From: a phage
DNA length: 52,133 nucleotides
Direction: 5' to 3' (one strand)
Sequence record: OZ470597.1
Each line of letters begins with the position of its first letter. The stretch's first letter is position 1. The position numbers were made by a program, and so were the translations under genes. Shown here piece after piece: positions 47,807 to 52,133 of this stretch. The notes beneath the pieces were generated by a model that was not told where the DNA came from, made no database searches, and worked only from the letters and a program-made list of their open reading frames with translations.

Positions 47807-48000
47807 TTCTTACTATAGCGCATTCACGCAGTGCGCTATGTTGAGATAACAACATGAGATCATGAAGATGCGAAACTTCGAAAAAATCGTATCCAAAAAG
47901 AAGCGATACAGCTACCACGAGCACCAAGAGATGAATCAACGCTATCGCAATAAGCGCCAGCGCAAAGGTAAACATTCCGGTAAACATGGAGAAAATCAAT

Positions 48001-48591
48001 ATGAAACGAGACATTATCATCCTTAACGGACCGCCAGGAGTTGGCAAAGATACGCTTGCGGCATACTTAACGGGCCATCGTTACGCAGCGGTTAAAGCGT
48101 CATTTAAACAGCCTATGTTCGATATTGCATTCTCCATGCTTGGCGTTTACCGATATGACGAGTTCATTGATCTGTATAACGACCGTGAGCAGAAAGAAAA
48201 GCCTCAAGCAATCTTGCAAGGCAAGTCTCCGCGACAATTCATGATCTGGATTAGCGAAGAAGTCATGAAGCCAGCTTTTGGCGAGCAATATTTTGGGAAT
48301 CGCATGGTTGAGCAAGTACACGAGATGTACAGAGATTTAGCTGTTGTAATTAGTGATGGAGGATTCCCTGAAGAAATCAAGCCGCTCGTTAAGGCAGGCC
48401 ATGAAGTTCACATTTGCCGACTGCATCGCGAAGGCTTCACGTTTGATGGCGATTCACGAAACTATATTGACCTGAGCGGATACCATCACCGAGTAAAACA
48501 TTACGACTTCACAATGATTGATGGCGATCCAGAAAAGACTGTTGACGAGATCATCAAAACTGTCAAGTGGAAACACATTAAGATCAAATAG
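48001..48591 (+). CDS. P-loop kinase (polynucleotide kinase / dNMP kinase-like)
   Basis: Walker A GPPGVGKDT at N-terminus; start at ATG 48001 with GGAG RBS (ORF extends to 47986). Confidence 0.6.
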   Translation: MKRDIIILNGPPGVGKDTLAAYLTGHRYAAVKASFKQPMFDIAFSMLGVYRYDEFIDLYNDREQKEKPQAILQGKSPRQFMIWISEEVMKPAFGEQYFGNRMVEQVHEMYRDLAVVISDGGFPEEIKPLVKAGHEVHICRLHREGFTFDGDSRNYIDLSGYHHRVKHYDFTMIDGDPEKTVDEIIKTVKWKHIKIK

Positions 48592-48631
48592 CACGAATTG
48601 CTAAAAGCGGGGCGCAATGCCTCGCTATAAT
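48588..48631 (+). promoter_or_regulatory. conserved-element promoter (variant)
   Basis: ATAGCACGAATTGCTAAAAG 48588-48607; -10 TATAAT 48626-48631. Confidence 0.5.
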
Positions 48632-48661
48632 GCAAAAACCAATCAACGAAAGGACTTGGAT

Positions 48662-49066
48662 ATGTTAGATCTTCACAAAATCCGCGTAGGCACAAAATTT
48701 GTTGTAACCTGGGTATATGATGAGCGATGCGGCATTCGTAAAGGTGAGATTGTAACGGCTTCCGATCGCTATATCGGATCGTTAAAAGAGTTTAACCGAC
48801 CGCGCATTAAGAATGGCTATATCATTACTCGACGACTTGGCTTTGATCATTATTGCGTAGTGGCAACTCAAGGCTTTTTGATTGAGCTTAAGCGAATCAG
48901 AGATCATCGCGGCTGCCATGTTAAGACAATGAAGATACCATTTCAGCAAGCGCGATACGATGCGCGACGTATGCGCCGACTTGCGCGAAATGCGATCAAG
49001 TTCAAAAAGCCTGATAATGTTTTTTACGGCATGTACAAGGGGATTGCGCGAAATGCTGGGAAATAA
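48662..49066 (+). CDS. hypothetical protein
   Basis: ATG 48662 with AAGGA RBS downstream of promoter 48588-48631. Confidence 0.45.
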   Translation: MLDLHKIRVGTKFVVTWVYDERCGIRKGEIVTASDRYIGSLKEFNRPRIKNGYIITRRLGFDHYCVVATQGFLIELKRIRDHRGCHVKTMKIPFQQARYDARRMRRLARNAIKFKKPDNVFYGMYKGIARNAGK

Positions 49067-49165
49067 CAACAACGCAACAAATCCAAAGCCGCCATTTAAT
49101 TTTCATGAAATCATGATTGTGTTATTCTTGATTCTCTTAGTTGTTTATTCAGTGAGGGCCGCAAT

Positions 49166-49429
49166 ATGGTTTTTAATGCACTAAAACGAATCTTTAAACC
49201 TGAATACCGGATCGTTGCTTGCACAGAATGCAAGATTTATTACCTGCAACGCCGCCGCGTTATTAGTGGCGATTGGGAATACCTAACGGATGATGCTTTC
49301 GGCTTTTGGGTTATGGAGTTCAATAGCTACAGTGAAGCGCGTGAGTACGCTAAAAAGTTGCACAAGTTCCGACCTTACAAACTGCGTTTACTGGTTGTTA
49401 AAAAATGCGATGTGTGGGATCACGAATGA
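49166..49429 (+). CDS. hypothetical protein
   Basis: 87 aa; GAGGG RBS. Confidence 0.45.
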   Translation: MVFNALKRIFKPEYRIVACTECKIYYLQRRRVISGDWEYLTDDAFGFWVMEFNSYSEAREYAKKLHKFRPYKLRLLVVKKCDVWDHE

Positions 49430-49554
49430 AAAGAGTAATTATCATTTTTATTGCCGTTATCGCTGGTTGCTACCTGGCTTATAATTATCCGTTATTGCTG
49501 GTTGCTACCTGGCTTATAATTATAGCGGCATTGTTGAGTCAATCGGCGGGTTGA
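49426..49554 (+). CDS. hypothetical small membrane peptide containing a 35-bp tandem repeat
   Basis: 42 aa hydrophobic ORF overlapping upstream stop (ATGA); coding status uncertain. Confidence 0.25.
   Translation: MKRVIIIFIAVIAGCYLAYNYPLLLVATWLIIIAALLSQSAG
49454..49523 (+). repeat. tandem direct repeat, 2 x 35 bp
   Basis: CCGTTAT(C/T)GCTGGTTGCTACCTGGCTTATAATTAT at 49454-49488 and 49489-49523, one mismatch. Confidence 0.85.
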
Positions 49555-49683
49555 TTATCTTCATGGCTGGCGGGTATGCTGGCTATTGTGATGGATTCGA
49601 AAACGGTAAGCGTTACATGCTGACCGAAAAAAAAGAAGTAATGTTAACCGCGCCGCTTCGGTGGCGCTAAAAGGAGGAAGCAA

Positions 49684-49971
49684 ATGGCTAAAAGCTATCG
49701 TAAAATGTTGATTAACGCATTCGAAAAGGCAGCGCTTGAGCGTGGTTGGAATGACTCATTTCACACAGCAAACTGTATCCGCCGTTACGGATTCAAGAAT
49801 TGCCGCTCATGGGCGCGTCAAATGGCTTCATGGTATGATCTTGATGCGCATTACCTTGATATGGATTGCGCGCTGGTTGAAATGATTGAGCAGGCAGCGC
49901 TAGAGGATCGACCATTGACGCAATCTGATTTTGACGATTTTGTTCGCGATGAAATCTATTACATGAGCTAA
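49684..49971 (+). CDS. hypothetical protein
   Basis: 95 aa; AAAGGAGG RBS. Confidence 0.5.
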   Translation: MAKSYRKMLINAFEKAALERGWNDSFHTANCIRRYGFKNCRSWARQMASWYDLDAHYLDMDCALVEMIEQAALEDRPLTQSDFDDFVRDEIYYMS

Positions 49972-50013
49972 TAGCACTTTTTGTTAAAACTTCCGCGAGG
50001 GCATTTGTTAAAG
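49971..50013 (+). promoter_or_regulatory. conserved-element promoter
   Basis: ATAGCACTTTTTGTTAAAAC 49971-49990; extended -10-like TGTTAAAGT 50005-50013. Confidence 0.45.
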
Positions 50014-50046
50014 TGTCCTCATTGAAGCGAAACAGAGGAAAGAGCA

Positions 50047-50304
50047 ATGTCAACCTTAAAAGATAAAAATTTTATCGGTCATGTTAGAGTTAAGTTAATC
50101 AATGTTGACTACAGACCAGATCCAGAATCGCCAACATTGCGCGAGTGGGCCGGATTCGAAAACGTAAAGGAAATGGTTGTAGAGCTTTACAAAGATGGTG
50201 AGATGTGGGCGATGGCTGGCATTAATCACAACGGCGAATTTGGCGAAGTAAAAGAAACAGATTGGTTTAGTCTTACAGATAATGAAGCGGAGATTATCGA
50301 ATGA
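50047..50304 (+). CDS. hypothetical protein
   Basis: 85 aa; AGAGGAA RBS; first of three translationally coupled genes. Confidence 0.45.
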   Translation: MSTLKDKNFIGHVRVKLINVDYRPDPESPTLREWAGFENVKEMVVELYKDGEMWAMAGINHNGEFGEVKETDWFSLTDNEAEIIE

Positions 50305-50564
50305 TCACGATTAACCTGTCAGAGCAGCAAGCGCGCATTATGTTAGCGGCCTTCGGTTGGCGAGATGATAACGGTATTCAGTCAACGGTTAAAATTCCTG
50401 AGCCAGTGGCGCGTGAAGTTTTCAGCCAGCTAGAACACGCATTTGATCCGGCTGGGGCTGAGCAAGCGGAAACTGCCGCATGGTTCGGTGAGAACGGATA
50501 CCGCGATCATCAGATTGAAGAATGGAAGCGCAAAAACGAAACGGCGGAGGATGCTGGATTATGA
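50301..50564 (+). CDS. hypothetical protein
   Basis: 87 aa; start overlaps upstream stop (ATGA). Confidence 0.45.
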   Translation: MITINLSEQQARIMLAAFGWRDDNGIQSTVKIPEPVAREVFSQLEHAFDPAGAEQAETAAWFGENGYRDHQIEEWKRKNETAEDAGL

Positions 50565-50875
50565 TTTACATTCACTACTACCAGATCGGGACAAACGAAA
50601 ACAAGCAGGAGCGCAGAGCAATTTGTGACACGCTCGACGATGCGAAAGCACAGCAACGCGTTTTGGGTGGTGTAATTCAGGCTTTTGAGCCAGTGGAAGA
50701 TATAGAGCACCGAGAGCATTTGAAAGAGATTGTTGTTGATGAAATTTCATCACTAATCGACGACATGACAAATCACGGACCTGGTTCTCCGTGGGAAGAA
50801 GATGGATCGACGGAGTGGGATTGCGCTAAAGTTGCAACACTTAACAACTTTCGTGAGTTGCTCGACGATTTTTAA
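50561..50875 (+). CDS. hypothetical protein
   Basis: 104 aa; start overlaps upstream stop (ATGA). Confidence 0.45.
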   Translation: MIYIHYYQIGTNENKQERRAICDTLDDAKAQQRVLGGVIQAFEPVEDIEHREHLKEIVVDEISSLIDDMTNHGPGSPWEEDGSTEWDCAKVATLNNFRELLDDF

Positions 50876-50945
50876 TTAAAATTGAATGCCTCATACAGCG
50901 AACAGGACGCATTTTGACGAGGAATTTTTTAGGTAAGGTGATTCA

Positions 50946-51074
50946 ATGGATAACTACATAAAACCGTCGCAGTGGTGCGCACAGAAGCAAGAGGAAGCAT
51001 TAGAACGCGGCGACACTGAAACGGCAATGCACTATTTCGAAATGTACAACTTGTGGAAGGGCAGAGGTCTGTAA
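50946..51074 (+). CDS. hypothetical small protein
   Basis: 42 aa ORF with AGGTAAGGTG RBS. Confidence 0.3.
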   Translation: MDNYIKPSQWCAQKQEEALERGDTETAMHYFEMYNLWKGRGL

Positions 51075-51304
51075 TGTTTGGAATGAACGAGGCACAATTC
51101 AACGCTGCAAAACGCCAGGCTAAGAAGTGCGGCGAGGCAATGAAGGCGGATGTTGAAAAGCGCGGGAAGTATGTTGATGAAGTTATGAAGGGCATTATTG
51201 CCGAACATTATCAGCCAGTTGCGCCAATGCTGACAATCACTCAATTCATCTGGTTGTGTGGTTATCTTCGTGGGAGATGGGGAAACGCATTTGACCGCGA
51301 ATGA
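51074..51304 (+). CDS. hypothetical protein
   Basis: 76 aa; start overlaps upstream stop (TAATG). Confidence 0.4.
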   Translation: MFGMNEAQFNAAKRQAKKCGEAMKADVEKRGKYVDEVMKGIIAEHYQPVAPMLTITQFIWLCGYLRGRWGNAFDRE

Positions 51305-51448
51305 TTGACAACGATTTCCTGATTGGATAGCATATCAATCGTTTACATAAGAGCGGCTAAGGCCGAACGGGTGGCGCGGTTGCCACGCAACAACGGCGAT
51401 ATGCAGGTTTTTACCGTAAGACGTATCGCCTTCTTTATAGGTGAATAT

Positions 51449-51682
51449 ATGGAAAAATACAAATTAACTTTCATGTTTGACAGTATGGTGATGAATCCAT
51501 TAAATGGTTACGCTTGCAATAGCTTTTCTGTTACCGTTAATGAGGATGAAATTGATGATGATGGTAAATTTATTCGAATAGGTGATTACATTTATCCTAT
51601 TCACAATATCAATTGCATCAAGCGCGAGATTGTTAAGGATGAAGTACAAAGTAAAGCTGACAATCAGACGAATGGGGCGTAA
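51449..51682 (+). CDS. hypothetical protein
   Basis: ATG 51449 with AGGTGA RBS. Confidence 0.4.
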   Translation: MEKYKLTFMFDSMVMNPLNGYACNSFSVTVNEDEIDDDGKFIRIGDYIYPIHNINCIKREIVKDEVQSKADNQTNGA

Positions 51683-51827
51683 TTGCCAGTCATGTAGGCA
51701 GGATTTTGAATGCGAGATTTCAGCGCAAAATCCTGTTGACGCGATTCAATGCGCTAAAGTTATATCAGGTGCAGATCCAGAGACGCATCAATTTTCAATC
51801 AACTTTGTAAGGGAAGTATCATGTTAA
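51639..51827 (+). CDS. hypothetical Cys-rich small protein
   Basis: overlapping ORF with CQSCRQDFEC motif; start uncertain. Confidence 0.25.
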   Translation: MKYKVKLTIRRMGRNCQSCRQDFECEISAQNPVDAIQCAKVISGADPETHQFSINFVREVSC

Positions 51828-52054
51828 ACTTAATTTCTGCTTTTGTTATTGGTTTTGTTTTTGCTGTAATTATTCTGCTTATCGCGTCGGAAAAGATTTG
51901 CAAATTTCTTGCTAAGAACGGGAAGTTTGCAAGCGCGACATGGAATAACAAGAAGCAGCGATGGGATGTGCGCGGTCACTACCTGACGATTGGTAGCAAA
52001 ATCCATCAACATCTGAAGAATCAAGAAGATGAAAAAGTAAAATACAAGTGTTGA
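51821..52054 (+). CDS. hypothetical membrane protein
   Basis: 77 aa; N-terminal TMD LISAFVIGFVFAVIILLIA; terminator after. Confidence 0.45.
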   Translation: MLNLISAFVIGFVFAVIILLIASEKICKFLAKNGKFASATWNNKKQRWDVRGHYLTIGSKIHQHLKNQEDEKVKYKC

Positions 52055-52060
52055 ACAACT

Positions 52061-52085
52061 ACCCGCCAAATGGCGGGTTTTTTAT
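52061..52085 (+). terminator. intrinsic terminator at end of rightward early arm
   Basis: CCCGCC...GGCGGG hairpin followed by TTTTTT; TATAAT at 52101-52106 downstream. Confidence 0.65.
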
Positions 52086-52133
52086 TGTCTGCAATTTGTC
52101 TATAATGAGGCTTTGTTATAAAGGAGGGCGCAT

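Noticed and set aside
1-52133. Search for CRISPR arrays, tRNA genes, integrase, transposase and repressor genes
   Set aside because: No spacer-repeat array, no tRNA-like cloverleaf candidates, and no recombinase or repressor motifs were seen; absence is by manual inspection only and tRNAscan or HMM searches could overturn it.

Overview
The window reads as a near-complete genome of a T1-like (Drexlerviridae-type) virulent siphophage, called from sequence motifs and gene order alone; no database search was run. From 2 to 20454 on the + strand it carries a late structural operon: terminase small and large subunits, portal, MuF-like head protein, scaffold, two paralogous decoration-like proteins, major capsid, connectors, major tail protein, a G/GT chaperone pair with a -1 frameshift site, tape measure, lambda M/L/K/I/J-like tail tip proteins, then a candidate receptor-binding protein with a convergent Cor-like exclusion lipoprotein. 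The middle holds a recombination module (PD-(D/E)XK exonuclease, ERF annealing protein, SSB), a minus-strand lateral tail fiber, primase, SF2 helicase, VRR-NUC nuclease, T1-type Dam methyltransferase, a metallophosphoesterase, and a lysis cassette (pinholin-like holin, phage-21-like SAR endolysin, unimolecular spanin). Two divergent arms of small, mostly unassignable early genes flank a GT-rich control region at 43.4-43.9 kb; the minus arm includes two HNH endonucleases and a compact C5-methyltransferase-like protein, the plus arm a HAD phosphatase and a P-loop kinase. The most distinctive non-coding signal is a conserved ~20-bp element (ATAGCACTTTTTGTTAAAAC) found in about 17 copies, usually abutting the upstream stop codon and about 18-22 nt ahead of a -10 hexamer. 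No integrase, repressor, tRNA or CRISPR array was found. Many small-gene start codons and all functional labels for unassigned ORFs are inferences.
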